Shown: positions 37,201-51,428 of the stretch, piece after piece | Position numbering within the stretch: the first letter of the stretch is position 1 | Layout: every line of letters starts with the position of its first letter | Source: Raillietiella orientalis | Lineage: Eukaryota | Direction of reading: 5' to 3' | Assembly: GCA_036172245.1 (NCBI GenBank) | Contig: JAYWIR010000002.1 | Span: forward strand, 6,448,001-6,512,000 | DNA length: 64,000 nt | The notes under the pieces: generated by a model | Told to the model about the DNA's origin: nothing | The model's database searches: none | The model's input: the letters and a program-made list of their open reading frames with translations, nothing else | Translations under genes and position numbers: made by a program

Positions 37201-40200
37201 AGGGAGGGATATTCCTTGTGGATTTCTGTTTCCTTGGTCACTGGAATTTCTTCTGAATGCTCCTTGTGCCAACACCTGCCAGCAGTTGATTTATAAGTTA
37301 GGATTCGTACGATGATGAGAAGACTCGCACATGAGATGCGGATAAATTATCCATTGCCAGCGAACCATCTGAGTGGCTAATCTCTTGCTTGATCTTTCGA
37401 GAAAAAGCAAGTGGCAGCTGAAAGAAACATGGGAAAGCAAACACATTCCGCGATGCAGTCTGATACAGGAAGAATTCCCCTTTGAAAAATACATCGGTTC
37501 CATGGAAACCGCATTCATTCGATGTGCTTCTTGGGAATTTCCTCCTCCGTGCTTACTCAGAAGTGACTTTTCAGAAGATTTTCCTGATTCCGCGGAGCTG
37601 CAAAAATGATCCATGAGGCACTTTTCTTTTCCTCCCCCAGAATCTTCTCATTCTTCCTGATCCTGTTAACTCTGGATTTCCTGAAACATTGAAATCTACG
37701 TTTTTTTTGTTTCTTCTCTTGAATTTCTTTCTTCTCTTGAATTGGATGTTCCGCAGCTTTTAAAGACCCCATCGAATTAGAAGAGCCACACTGGTTTTTT
37801 TTTTTTTTTTGCTTTTCGCCTTCTTCGCTGGTACAGAGCCAGATTTTTCGGCACCTTGGCAATTTTTGTGGCTCGTTATCTTTCTAGAGTGGAGTAGACT
37901 TTTACTGTTGATGCTCGTTTACCGAATTTGCTTTGTACGAAAACAGTAGCCGGAGTTCGAGCATCTTCTTGGCTGTGCAGCACCTCTTTTGTGAGCAGGT
38001 GAAGCTGTTTCTCGTTCAGGTGGCTAACCCATCTGTCTTTTATCCTCAAGAGGAGTCATTTCATTCGGTTCAATTCAGCGAGGCAGCTCTAATGCTGACT
38101 GCATCGTGCCTGTTCCTGAGAAAATTCCAGTTCTCTCCAAACTTATTTACAAACAGACCTTCATTTTTCATCTTTCCCGTTTCGCATTTCATTCTTCTGA
38201 CGCCACATTTTCTACCTATCCTTGAGACAACTCTGGAACCGCGAGATGGGAACCAAAATCAAGGCGCATCGGCACACCTTCATTTTGTGAAGTTCGTGTG
38301 CTGACGAATTTCATTAGAAGATCCTGGAGGGATTCTTCCATTCGGAAGCGATAGCTGTAATCTCAACAACCCGTGAAGGAATTTTCCAAATTTCGAATTT
38401 CCATGGGTTCGTCAAAATGGCGACGAAAATCAGACCAGCCAAAAGGCTCAGATGTTTTAACGAGAGCAGTCAGCTGCACGATTTCTTTCAGAGTAGAGTA
38501 CGATGATTTCTTGTAGAGAGGGATTCTGGAAAATAAAAATAAAAAACGTGAAAAAAATGGGAGCAGCGAAGAGCGGATTCGGAGCAATTAGTGGCCTTTC
38601 GAAACAAAAAAGGCGACTCATTGCGCTGAATCGATCGCCATGTGCAAATGAAATTACCGAGTTAATCACGGTAGCAGGTCAGAATTAAGGATACAAGAAG
38701 TGAAGGGCTGCCTCACATGAAACTTAAATACCCTTAGGGGAGAGGACGGATGCTTTCCGTGCCTTCTTTCACGCGCTCGCAGCACATGGGGGGCATCGCA
38801 CGCTGGTCCGGCGCAGAATTCGAATTCGGACGCTTCGGTCAGATTGGAAAACCGACCGGAGGATCGTTCCTGAGAGGACTCCCCATGACGAGGAGTCTCG
38901 ACCAGAAAGGAATTTCGAATTCTCAGGTGGGAACTCGGAAATCCCTACTGCATCCGTTTCGAGAACAGCCGTGGAAGGGCAGGAAGGATTTCTTGCTGTC
39001 GTTGTCAAGAATGCGTATGCTTGGGAAAGTGTCGTCCAGCCGGAAGCAGCATCTCATGAAAGCTTCCGTGGACCTTTCGAGTGGGCAGGAGAGCTTTCGA
39101 AGGAGAAGGAAAAACGATTCCAAAGGCATCCTTCACCATGGAGATATTCGTTGCGTTTGGGTGTCGCGTGAGGATGGAAAGCCGCGAGTCACTTATTTGA
39201 CAGTGGTTCCTTGTTTGTGTGAATCCTCGCAAATCGTTCCCGGGTTTCCCGAATCAGCACTGCGCCCACCTGTTTCGGTCATGAGGAACGGATGCCGGAT
39301 GTTCGTCCGACCTGACCACGTGGTGCATCGCCGCATTTGGGAAGATCGCGTTCCACTTCGTCCGAATAAGACGAACGGGGAGACACGGCAGCACCAGTAA
39401 GAGGTCAACCAAGCCGTGGACCCGAGAGCGCGGCGCGGTGTCAACCGAAACAGCATGCTGCATTCCCTCTCTGTCTCTGGTCACTTCGAGGCCGTTCGGA
39501 TGGCGTGTTCCCGCGCACCGTGGCTGGCGGGATCTTGCGGGAATCCAGTTTCCCTCTCGCCGCAAGAGTCACCCAATCCGTTTGGATGCGGTGAGCAGCA
39601 AGATGGGACACGACCAGATCTGCATGCTGATCCGCTTCAATGCCACAGGACCGAAAGCGCTCCTGCATCCATAACGACAATCCCGAATCGCATGACAAAG
39701 GCACTCATTGGAAACGGTGAACCATGAATCATGGGGATGTAATTCGGTGCACAGCCATTACACTTTCCATTTTTCTTTTCTCTTTATTACTGCCATCCCT
39801 GATTGGTTTATTGCCTGTTGAATTCCTGAATTCGCTTGCATGGGGATTGCTGCGAGAAAAAAAGATTATGCTGTTGGGACCACCTGTACAGACCTCGTTT
39901 CATGGTATTTTTCCCGCAATCGCATCCCGGCCGCCACGTCAACGGCAGAGAAATTGCAAGCACAGGTCACATCCGTTTTGGGAATTAAAAAGAATTCGGC
40001 AATCACCCGCTTTTTTCTCCCTTCTCCTTCTTTGTCCGAGGACGAGCGATCTGCTTTCCCCCGCACATCGAATCTCGCGATTTGTATTTTGGAAGTCCCG
40101 TAAATTTTGAAAAGAGAATCGCAGACACCACAATGGGAGCGCCGTGGACGCTGTGACTCTTTGAGAACTCGAGCCTGCGTAGACACCGACGGAGCACGCG

Positions 40201-40506
40201 GTGAGCGTTTGCATCTTCCTGAAAAGTGGCCTCAATCATCTTTCCGCAAGATGGCGCGGATGCAAAAGGTGTGCTCCGCGGAATTTATCAAAAGCGAGGA
40301 TAATAAATTGAATGGACTTGAGGAGTTCACGCTGAGGGGACGAATGCTGCTTTTGTGCTTTCGGGTGCAGCGCATGTTGCCCGGATCGTTCCATACTTCC
40401 TGGGACTATTGCAGTTGGTGCATTTGCTTGCGAACGGATTGAGGGAGTGCTTTGCCAACGGCTCCGGGACACGGAGATGCTGTGGGTATCGGCTTTGCCT
40501 TTCACC

Positions 40507-40537
40507 TGCGTGCGTACGCGCGCGCGCGCGCGCATGT
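40507..40537. repeat. Alternating purine/pyrimidine run containing (CG)8
   Basis: TGCGTGCGTACGCGCGCGCGCGCGCGCATGT read directly. Confidence 0.9.
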
Positions 40538-40739
40538 CTGGTCGTTCCTTCTGCGAGCACAGAGAATACGTAAAGGCACACGTTCACTAAAATGAGCATA
40601 TGGAAAAGCACACATCCTCATTCTTTGTCAACGTCATGATCGTACTTCATAGACTTTGAAGCGCCTGCGGTTACAAAAAGCCGCACTTGGAACTCCTGTT
40701 TCTGCACTGCGGGTTCGGTTCAGAGTCCCGAAAGATCAT

Positions 40740-41030
40740 AAGAGATAGACATGTATGCTTACTCTACATAGAAGAATATTAATAATAAGTTATCCCTATC
40801 TTTTAAAGTGCATATTAGCAACAGTAATAGTATTGGAACGGATGCACTCATTAGGATCTACTGTTCAGAATAACATGTTTTATTAATAAAATTAGAAAGT
40901 TGTTGATTTTATTATTGATGTATGCATAAGGATGATAAAAAATATATGTACTTATTGCATGAATCTATGTAAATATTTACATAAAGATTAAAACATGCTT
41001 TAATATGTGCAGATATTGATGTAAACCCCA
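40740..41030. repeat. AT-rich island sharing a ~55-bp motif with the island at 43.3-44.1 kb
   Basis: ACATGTTTTATTAATAAAATTAGAAAGTTGTTGATTTTATTATTGAT (40873-40919) resembles ACATGCATTTTATTAATGCAATTAAAAAGTTGCTGATTTTATTGTTGAT (43418-43466). Confidence 0.7.
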
Positions 41031-43339
41031 ATGAACGAAGCAACTATAAGATCGCTGATGGGAACTTTGTTGGTCCATGTCGTTTAAGTAGATTCCTTAT
41101 CCCTTTCGTAACTGTTGGGTCATATGCTCACATGTATGATTCTTTGTTGACTAGCTGGTCATGATGATCGAACTACCAGTGCAATGACCTACGGGTTCAG
41201 AACATTGTCAGATTCGGCCAAGACTACCGAATAGGGACCAATCCAAGAACCATGCTCTTGGAAAACAAACAGCGGGAACACTTTAACCTTTACGACGAAC
41301 CAAAGTCATCGCAGTGCATCCCGTTTTGACACGCAGTGTCAAACGATAAAATTCCACGCTTGGTCAAAGTGCCGGTGGCGCCCCTCCATCACGTCCTCGT
41401 TTCCCGGGTGATCAGTGAAGCCAGTTCCTGCCTCGAAGATTTTAGGAATTTCAGGTGGAATGATCCAGAAGGTAACGCATGCTCGCACGTAGATCCTTTT
41501 GATGTACTTACACGTTCTTTCACGGACTTTCCGTGCTCGCTAGAGGACTGACCTCTGTTTACCCTCTGGTGCCCACTTGTTTCTTGGGAGAAAAACAAAA
41601 GGTCCAAGTGGAATGACTCGCATCCAGAGCATCCTAGAGCGTCCCGGCTAGCGTGTCCCTCGCGCAAGGAAAATTACACGTGTGAATGCTGACACAGCGT
41701 GCGCAGTGGTACCAAACAGCTCTTCCGGAAACTTGCTTGAAAGAATCTCAACACCTTCCGGATGTTGAGATTTTTGAAATTTCGATGCTCGTGTTAGGTG
41801 GTGGTCCTGTCGCAGTTCTTGCAAAATTCATACCACCGCCACCTTTTTGGACTGACGTTTGCTCTTGTTCTCATCGGGATGGCCTGCTGTACTCTGGCAA
41901 GTACGTTTTTCTCGTTTTCCTTACCAGAGGCACTCATGTCACCAGAATGTGCCACATCTAGAGGATTTTCTAGCAGACAAACGGGTCATCCGTGTTGCGA
42001 GTATTCTATCAATTTTTTCCTCCCCTAATGTAATTACTCTCACGCAGAGCTGATGCTCGTTCCGTTTTTCTCTTTGCATTATCTCTAAGACATTTCTAAA
42101 AGTGCATGCGGCCGGAGACGAACTGCTTTCCGTGCTTTACGCGTGGTGTAGAATTTTTCAAGATTCCAAATTTTCGCTTCATCTTCTTGGCATGTTCCAG
42201 ATGGATGCGTATCCGCTCCATCCTCTGCTCGGGATCGCTGACAGCGGTGGTTGGCGCTCAGTTTCAACATTTGCAAGGTGGAAGCAGACCAAGGGTTGCG
42301 CCCAGTAGTTTGCATTTGCGGCTGGGGACTGTCTGATAGGGGCGCAACTTGTGAACAGCCACTCCCGAATTGGAGAAGACCTTCATCATTCAGGTGACCT
42401 TCATCTAGCTCTGAACAAAGCCAGAAGAGGTAGGTCACCTGGAATTCGTTCCTGGATTTCGAGGTGAAGTCCCGTTACGAAGATCTCTCTGAGCAGCACT
42501 GATTCCTGGGTTAGGAATCGGTCGCCCAGTGCTTGCTTTGTGTATCCTCTAATTGCAACTTCACCTTCTAGGACCATTCTCTAAAAACTGAGGGTGATAC
42601 GAAGCAGAATAAAACAGTGGCAGGGGTAAATGAGGTTCAGTTCAAGGATGACATAATCTTCCGAAAGCAGTCGAGGCACAAAGGAAGAACAGACACTGAA
42701 GTCGTTTTATTTGGTGACCCAGTCCCCATCCCGTTGCCCAGTAGAAACGGAGCAGATCAGCTTGAGGATGCTCAGAATTCTGCAAGTTCCCTCGAGTTCG
42801 AAGTTGAGAAGATTCCAGATACTGAGGCACCCAAAAGAGGCTGATGCTTAAAGAAAAAAACATCCTTCCTCGATTTCTTCTCTGGACGGAGCTGCAGGTC
42901 GAACCCTGGGTGTCGCTAGGGGTCGGCGGCGAAAAGTTAATTCGTGAATCAACCAGAAAAATGGAGCTGAGAGTGCGGATGGAAAAGTCTCAAACGCTAA
43001 GAGCAGAAGAACTCGAAGAATCTGGACCCTGGTAATGTAGCAGACATCAAGAAGGTGGAGTTTGGAGTACAAAGCGGATTCTGATCAAAAGGAGACAACG
43101 GGAGACCTTTCCATTTAGCGGGTAGCATCCAGAATGAGATCGAAAAACCGGGTGCTGATGAGATGTCTGCCAGGGCTCCTTGATAAAGAGGGGGGATAAC
43201 AAGTCCTTTGCTGGAGGGAGCATTTCCACCGGGGACTTGCAGCGGTGCCGACTAAAATCCCTGAACGACGAAACTCCGAATGGTTATAAAAAACAAATAC
43301 GTATGTGCTTATTCCACACAGATTAATAAACAATTCCAA

Positions 43340-44090
43340 TTAAATATGCACAGTTTTTTAAATTTAGTCAGACACTTATTATTGACAATATTCTTATTCG
43401 AACATATATATTAATTGACATGCATTTTATTAATGCAATTAAAAAGTTGCTGATTTTATTGTTGATACATATATATGCTTTTTCTTTATATTGGTGTATA
43501 TACTCGTGTATAGATTAATATATGAATAAGGATATATTGTGAAGATTATGATAAATACATATATGCTTCTTATATGTATATTAATGTGCATATACACACA
43601 CACACATATATATGAGTTTCTATTTCTCTATAAAGAAGGTTCTATAACTCTGCGTATGTATTTCTACAATTCTCTCTCCATGTTTTTATATTTCTATATA
43701 ATTATTTATATATCTAAGTGCACACATATATTTATGTACATAAAAATATATTTATATTTATATATACATGTGTTTATATAGCTGTATAAATGCTTATATA
43801 CATATTTATTTATTTACGTATATGCTTATGTACATAATATATTTATGTATATGTATGTACATGTTTGTTTATGCCAAATCTTCAATCATATATATATATA
43901 TATATATATATGGTGAGATACAAATTAAACAAACAGGAAAGGTGATATGTATATATATATATATATATAATGAATGTCTCCTTTTATATATACATATAGA
44001 AATAAATATATATGTTTGTAATACGAAAAATGAATATATATGTCCCTCTCTCTCTATGGACATATATATCTATTTTCTATTATGTTCTAG
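43340..44090. repeat. Very AT-rich low-complexity island with (TA)n, (CA)n and (CT)n microsatellites
   Basis: (TA)n at ~43888-43911 and ~43950-43969, with TATG/TACA degenerate repeats throughout. Confidence 0.95.
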
Positions 44091-46466
44091 AATATTGATT
44101 GTTCGGGATTTTGATTTTGGAGCTTTTTGATCCAAACCCAGACTCGCAGCTTGCCGATCAGATGCGAAGTATTCTAAAGCAATGAATCTGAGATCAGAAA
44201 GAGGGAAGGACGTTGCACGAGGCGAACCTGGCGGCCGGACTCGGAGACCGCTGACTCTGCGCAGTGATGGTGACGTGAGAGGCCGAAGTTTTGTGGCCGT
44301 TGAGCTCCAGGGGCTGATGGAAATGGTCTCACCGACATGTCTACTCGTCTCTGCAGCTGCGGCGAGGAACCTGATTCTTCTAGGCTGCAGAATGTGTATT
44401 TCCTCAGGAACCCTTGCGGGATTCATCTGAATTCGGTTGCTACGAACCGCGTAAACACACGGGAGCCGACTCCTTCAAGGCACTTTCTCATGTTGAAGAA
44501 CTTGCGTTAGAGAGCCGGAACTCGTTGGTCCCTCAAGTGCAAACTGGATCTGGTTTCCCGAATCGAATAGGAATGGAAATCCGAGTTGCTTCATACATCA
44601 AAGCAAAAGGATGCTATTTCTTTAGGCAACAGGGGTGCAGATCAGATGATATGCGATTGATAATTTCCATCTGTTGTGATTTAATAACACCATTTAAAAG
44701 CATCTTTTGATTCCTTGAGGGGGATCGGAAAACATGGTAGGCGCATGGAACAGCATCAGGAGCAAGAGTGTTGCCTCGGCAACGAAAGAGTGGAAATTTC
44801 TGAAGAAGAAGAGCGGAGAGGAACTCTGTTTAGGGACAAAACGGCCATTCATCCTCAAGAAATGATGAATTATCTTGAAATGAAAGCAACAGAAGTTTAG
44901 CGATAGGAGGGATCTCTCAAAGCAGAGCTGAAATCGTGATGGGGACAGCATTTAAGAAAAGCCAGAAGCAAAGGCGGCGGGGGAGGAAATCTTGTTCGGG
45001 TCAGCCAAAGAAATGATTTCGACAGATCAGAAGAAGCATGGGAATACAACAGAACAAGGCAGGAACAACAAGCCGGGAGATTTCATGTTTTCTTTAGCCC
45101 GTCAGAGACTAATACCATCAATGTCTGGGATAAAGTTTGCAGCTACAGCATCAATCCAAGATGTCTTCGTTTCGTTTTGGTTGTTGTTTTACCGAATAAG
45201 TCTCCAGTTGGTGATCCATCACAGAAAGCTGTCATTTCAGATCAAAGGATAAAGTTCCGACCTTAACACGGAAAGTTCACAAGGTCCTGATAACGAATGA
45301 TTCCTTGGTCCCTTAACTCACTGTTCAGAGGCAGCAGATGCATCAGACGTGTGATCGAAAATTTACGTTACCTGCAACAGTGGATGAATTAACCTTTAGC
45401 GTGATCTGATGCGACAGATCACATACGGCCACATGCAGGAAGCGAACGATTCTCCTGCAATCATTTCCTATCGACGAGTGCGAAGACGCCCTGGTACTTT
45501 TTGCGTGATTGCTGCAGCTGCTTGGTATTTCTTGGATGCAATTCTTGCGAGCAGGAAACCCTGCTCACTGACCCCATCCCAATTATCAGCTGTCATGGAT
45601 TTTCGTGGAGCATTCATCCCTTCGTGGAGGACCTGGAGTGCTGATGTTAATGAATGTAACCTCTGTCAAGGAACGGTGAACGTGGGGAATGCCAAGATCT
45701 CACAGCTACTTACTTCAGTTGAGCTGGAAGACGAAGAAGCATTTCAATTTGCCCCTGGATCTTCATATAGTTGACTGGAAAAGAATAGGTAAAAGGGTAG
45801 ACATGAGCGTTTTCCATTCTCTCACAAAAGAATGCTTCGAGATAAATCAAAGTACAGTAAACGTCAATGCTGCTGAAGCGATAGATGGATACCTTTCTTC
45901 TGCATTTTATTCGAGTCCAATATCTGCTTTTAACCTCGGATGCTGACTGGAACTACTGAAACCCAAAACCAAACACAGACTTGAACATTTGCATCATTAC
46001 CTAATGCTTGAAGATTTGTGACTGCTCCAGAATGTTTCTCTTACCTCTTGTAACTGAACCGGGCTTTGATTCGAGCGTCAGATACGTCGATTCCTCTTGT
46101 TCTCATGTTGGTAATGTGTTCCGTCTCGTCTCTGTGAATATTGTCGGTGTTTCTTCGGTCAAAAGTACCAGGCATCGAAGCAGAAAAGTGAAGTCAAAGG
46201 TGCTGAAGCATGACGCCTGGACTCTAGAGGACTTTCACCTGGCGACGCTGGGACGCTTTATTTAAAGAATAAATTACAAGTCAGAGGGGGACGGCGTTCC
46301 CAGAATATAGGAGATGCCAAAGAACAACAGAACTTTATTGTGGATGACCATCGGCACGGAAGCCGGCTTCTAAAAAAGTAGGAAACCACGGACGGAGGAA
46401 GCGATGAATGAAGAAAGGACGGGAGGGCAGGGACAGGAGTCTTTGGTTTTATTCCTTCCTTTCTTC

Positions 46467-46910
46467 TTAGAAGCGGCTTCGTATGGCGGCGATCTCCCTC
46501 ACAACTTCTGTCAGATGAGGCCACTTTGCAGCCATCCTCATCAAGGCGGCTGCCATGCTGGTGGCCTCCCTTCTCTGCCAACGAGACCCTACCACAACGC
46601 GGATTGTAGCTATGGCGCGGAGGCAACAGATCGCTGCGATCCCAGAGCCCGTCTTCAGCCCGCCTTGCGTGAAGCAGCAAGTCCGAAGTGGGGTGGTCCT
46701 CCAGGTGACGAAGCGTCGAAGCCACGTGTCCTCCGAGGTGCTGCAGTCCAGCAGGAGGTGCCGGGACAACAGTTCGGCAACAGGAGGCAGTTCCCTGGAA
46801 ACGAGGTGCTTGCACCGGTTGCACTGGAAGCCCCCCAGTGCGGAAACAGCAGGATATCCTGTGGTTTCCAACGGAGCGAAAGCGCAGAAGTGTCCGCGCA
46901 CAAAGAAGGG
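46467..46910 (-). mobile_element. LINE ORF2 C-terminal fragment with intact CCHC residues
   Basis: FFVRGHFCAF...FQCNRCKHLVSRELPPVAELLSRHLLLDC...TW...LMRMAAKWPHLTEVVREIAAIRSRF*; the GH...CxxC...HxxxxC order is typical. The tail matches ILRIAARWLHL at 33.5 kb and is followed by a pyrimidine-rich 3' region. Confidence 0.7.
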
Positions 46911-49900
46911 ACCAGCGTCGGTCCCTCGAGGAGAGCATCGAGCAGGTTCCTGTATCGAGGAATTCCCTTCGCACGAGAACGAGGAGTCTTGAAGTCCACT
47001 AACCCGCTGGAATTTCTCGATTCTTCCAGGAGAATTACCAACCCACCAGTGGACTGCTGTCATTGTTTACCCTGAGGGAAGACAGAGTCGCTTCAAGAGG
47101 TGTGACGGCTTACCGGGACCACAGACTTCAGTACTAAAGAAGATCTCGCAGCAGCTTGCATCGGAGTTTCTGCAGCGTTCTCAGTTCCTCGGAACATACT
47201 TTCAGAGAGGCCTCCCAAGCTGCAGTGCCTCCTGCCGCCGGGCATTCAGGCTTTGGGAGCAGCAGATCCATGGTTGAGCTACCAGGAGTGAGGAGGACAC
47301 ATGCATGAGGAGGTAACCAAATCCAGTGACCCTGCGTTGCCTGCACGGCATCAGCAAAAGAAGTCTGCGCTTCCAGCGCATCGCCGGTGAATGTTCCGGA
47401 AACGATGCTCGGAAAATCGCGGGATGCACACAGCCACTCTCACTCTTCTCCTGGGAGAAGATGGGAAAGGGCATCGCTACAGGACGGACTGCTGATGATG
47501 CACGCGCCAGCAGCTATTGCCGCTCCAGAGCGACGTTGAGGATTCTGGAGGTTCCCCACTCCTCCCGGCCCTCTCCTGGATTTTATAATCTGGGGATCGG
47601 GATCTCTGCAGGATGGAGAATGAGGGCGGGGAAGGGGCACACCAGGTTCAACAGTGGCTCAAAAGTGGGAGCTTCACCTAAATTTATATCTTGTGGATGG
47701 TCAGGATGCCGAACCTGGTGGGGCGCCCATCAAGGCCTTTCTTAGGAGGCGCTGCGCCCGACTTCCTCACCGACTTGAGAAGGTCGCCGCTGACAATGGG
47801 TTCCGTGAAAGACATGGATGCTTCCGAGGTTCTCGCGATCCCTTGTCTTTCTCGCATGCTGAAAGTTTTCATACTAAAAATTCTCAGGGCCTCTTCTCCA
47901 TTAAGATCTGCAGTTATGAAAACCAATCAGCAAACATATAGATAAATCGTAAGCTTCCGCAGCGCGGATAATCAGCTTGAAACACCATTTGTTCCGCTAT
48001 AAAAATACCTGCGTCGCTTCCCAAGACGGGCAATTCGCTTCATTTTTCAGCACACTCGCCTCCTTCCTCGAAACTCATCTTCCAGACCCATGCTGAATTA
48101 TGGGAAAGTTTTCGCTATTGGTCATGCAACCGCTCTCGCGCCGCGCGCAGCACCTTGCCAGCAACGAAATGCAGTCAGATGAGGGCCGCTTTTTAGGCTT
48201 CAAAGGGCCCGCGTCGGCTCCACGGGAGACTTGGTGAGTAAGGGAGGTGGAGAAAATTCGAACGTTCGTGTGGATCATTCAAGATGGCTATCACCTTCTT
48301 CGAGTCCGCGCTCCTGAATCCTCCTTTGCGAGCATTCCGTTTCCATAAATTCTTCGCTGTTCGTAACAGCTGTCGCATCTGCGAATGTATCCTCCGGGAC
48401 TCGAGGAAATGCAACTCCTGGAAAATACAGTAGGTGGTGTGGATGTTAACTGAGATCAACTTGTGAGCTCAAGACCGGAAAGGCAATTCCTAATGATCAA
48501 ACGAAACTAACGGTACGTTGGCGTCCAAGAATCTCATCATCCGGAAGATCTTTGCTATCCCGGGACAATACCAATGGTCAGGCGTTTTCATCTAACGTTT
48601 CGATATTGAAAAATTCGAAAATGAAAGGGCTGCACCGAATGGCGAGGAGTGGAAAGCAGAACGTGAATGCTCTTCTCAAAGAGTTCGAGATGGCGAAATC
48701 GTACGCGGTTCAGCACTGTAAAATTTCCAGCTCGATTGCGGGGTCTCTGATTTGGATTGATCTTCTAGGATTCAGGCATGAAGCATCCTCATTTCCTGGA
48801 TGGCAGGGGACTATTTTAATGAGCTTTCTTTACTCAGACTTTTCAAAATACCAAGAGGGAGTCTCTTCTTCAAAGTTAGGTTATTTCTTGCAAACAGCCA
48901 TTTCGTCTCTGCTTCGCGAACCAATCGTCTTTGCGGCAAGATGGCGTCTCAAAAGTCCAGAAGATAGAAGTTCCGGAAAAGAAAGAACATCCATATCTTT
49001 TCGACTTTCGTGTTTGATAATGGGGCGTTGTGAAACCATGATCGAGACAACCCTTTATTTTCAGGAGTGGGTTTCACATTGGGTCTAGTAGGTATCATCT
49101 CTCCCATCATACAGAAGTATGAATCACCTAGAGTCACTACTTCATGGGTTGTCATGGAAGTCGTTTGTTGCTTGGTAATATGTTGAATCAGGAAGAGAGC
49201 TCGAAAATGGGGGTCCCGTGTACGAGATTGATTGCACCATGAAGCGTAGGGCACTGCAGCACTCTCCACCCACAAGGTCTCGAGAATAAACAAACCCGGT
49301 CCAGATAGAAGATGTCTTGAGCGCCGCTACCTTTCTTCGCACTCGAACTGCTGGAGCTCCGGATCCTGAGTGTGCCTGGTGTTTCTTTGTTTTCAGCACT
49401 CTTGATGCTGAGAGGTGGAGGAACATTTAGCTCCTGCGATCTTGATTTATTCGGTCTATCAGTACAATGACTGTTTCCTGTAGGGATTTCTCGCAGGGGG
49501 GGCATTCGTTTGGATTTCATAGTGCCGTGAAGTTGCCACTGGAACTGAATAATACAAGGGAAGATGTGCTTTTAGCATCTAATCACGCCTCATCTAATTA
49601 AGCTGGGAGATTATCTCTCCTGAGGAATTTGATCCAGGCAGCATGCGCCAAGACTAGAGATGCAGACTTTGATTCCAGATGAGGACGACTTCCTTGTTTT
49701 CGCGGCGCTGGTTTGGGCCATCCGGAAGGGGATGCTGCTTCCTAAAAAAAAAACACAACAGAGGGACACCAGAGAAAAACTCCCCAGTAGAAGGAGAAGG
49801 CCGCATTTATTCCGTTACCGTTGCGAGCACCGCATGCGTCACGATCCTGCGATGCTGCGCTTCCAGTCCCTTTTTTTTGATTCCACCTTCGCAGGAAAGA

Positions 49901-51365
49901 TCAGATCTCAAATGGACATGATATCTATCTGCCTATAACCTTACAGTGGTTCCTGAAGGAGGCGTTTTCAAAGTATATTAAAAGCCGGATCGGGGCAATA
50001 AATTTTATTAAGGGCTGAAATCCATCTCCACTGTTCGTTCCTCGCTCTGATGAAGTTGGGAATCCTGGAAAAGAATTCACAATCTCTGATCCCGGGACTG
50101 AAGTTTTGCGAAGCGAAATCGGCTGTGCATTACGTATGCTCTTGAAGACTTGAGTACATTAACCCTAAGTGCTAACATCATATTCATGTGGGTTTTGCAG
50201 AGATACGGGCCGTTGCTTTAGCAGGGCGTTCAGCCTTATTAGACCAGGCGCCGCTCGCCGCTGGTCATTTGTGCTCAATACGGTCGATCACGGAGTGCCT
50301 CTTCTGACCGAAGAAGGGATTTCGTCTTCATGTGAAGATGCCCGTGTTCAGTGATCCGACCGGTTCGGAGTTTCCCTCTTGGTCTTCTGTGTTCGTCACC
50401 TTGGAGAACCTTCGAGGAAGATTCCGGTAGTGCGTGCTAACTTTCCGGAGGCCCAAGGAATCTTTTTTGCTGCGAGGAGGAGGAAAACCATTTTCAAATT
50501 TCAAACACCAACTCTGTGCTGGAAGTGAGTTGTCCTCCCTGCCAAGCACTTCAGGACGCCTCTTGTGAAATGGGGGTTGATTTCTTATAGGGTAGGAAAA
50601 GCAGTTGCCTGAAAAAATGACCCATTTTCACATGTTTGTGTCGAAAAGAGGTTCGATCGCCGTCCCTGTTCCTTGTCAGATGATGGAGGCGGCACACGAA
50701 TAAACTCTTTCGCTTGCATCCTGCGCATTTACCGCCGGGTATTCGGGGTGGCCATGCCCTGCTAAAATCGACCACTCCTGTCGAGCGGCTTACGAAAATT
50801 TTCCCCCCAGCGAACATGGAAGTTTGCAAGCTGCAAATTGCGTATTAAAGGAAATCCCCTGTTCTATTTCCCACCGAAGCGGGGAACAGTTTTCGAGCGA
50901 AACTTCAACTGGCAAAGAAATTCCAGCTCGGGAGATTCCCTCTGCACCATCCTCCACGACGGCACTGTTTGCCTAGCTTTCAGTTTTGCTCCCTCTCATC
51001 TCGGGAGCAGTTCCGGGAAACGCAGCCACATTAAATTCGCGTTAAAATCAAATGACCTCTCAGTCTCGCGCTCCGTGGTTGCTACTCAGTGGGTTAATCA
51101 CTGAGGTGACTGCGGTCCGTAACCGTGGCAACACCGTGCAGCCTCTTCGGGAACACTTAACTGCGTGAACGTACACGCATCCAGAACTCTAAACCTTTTT
51201 TTTTTTTTTTTTATGAAACAGGAAGTCCACTTCACTTGCCAGAAAGATCGGTGGGTTGGCGACGAGCTCTGCGCTGACGGCCGCCAAGGAAACGAAAGGT
51301 TCGATCGTTTTTTCAGTTGAGGGTGAACACTGCGATAGATCACGCTAAAGCTGTGTGCCATAAAT

Positions 51366-51428
51366 GATTATCCTTTCTTATGATTAGAAGTGTCAGTCGA
51401 CACTTCTAATCATAAGGAAAGGATAATC
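51366..51428. repeat. Near-perfect inverted repeat (29-bp stem, one bulged G, 4-nt loop)
   Basis: GATTATCCTTTCTTATGATTAGAAGTGTC agtc GACACTTCTAATCATAAGGAAAGGATAATC. Confidence 0.95.

Noticed and set aside
43539..44130. Ile/Tyr-rich membrane-like ORFs
   Set aside because: They are translations of (TA)n-type microsatellite sequence.
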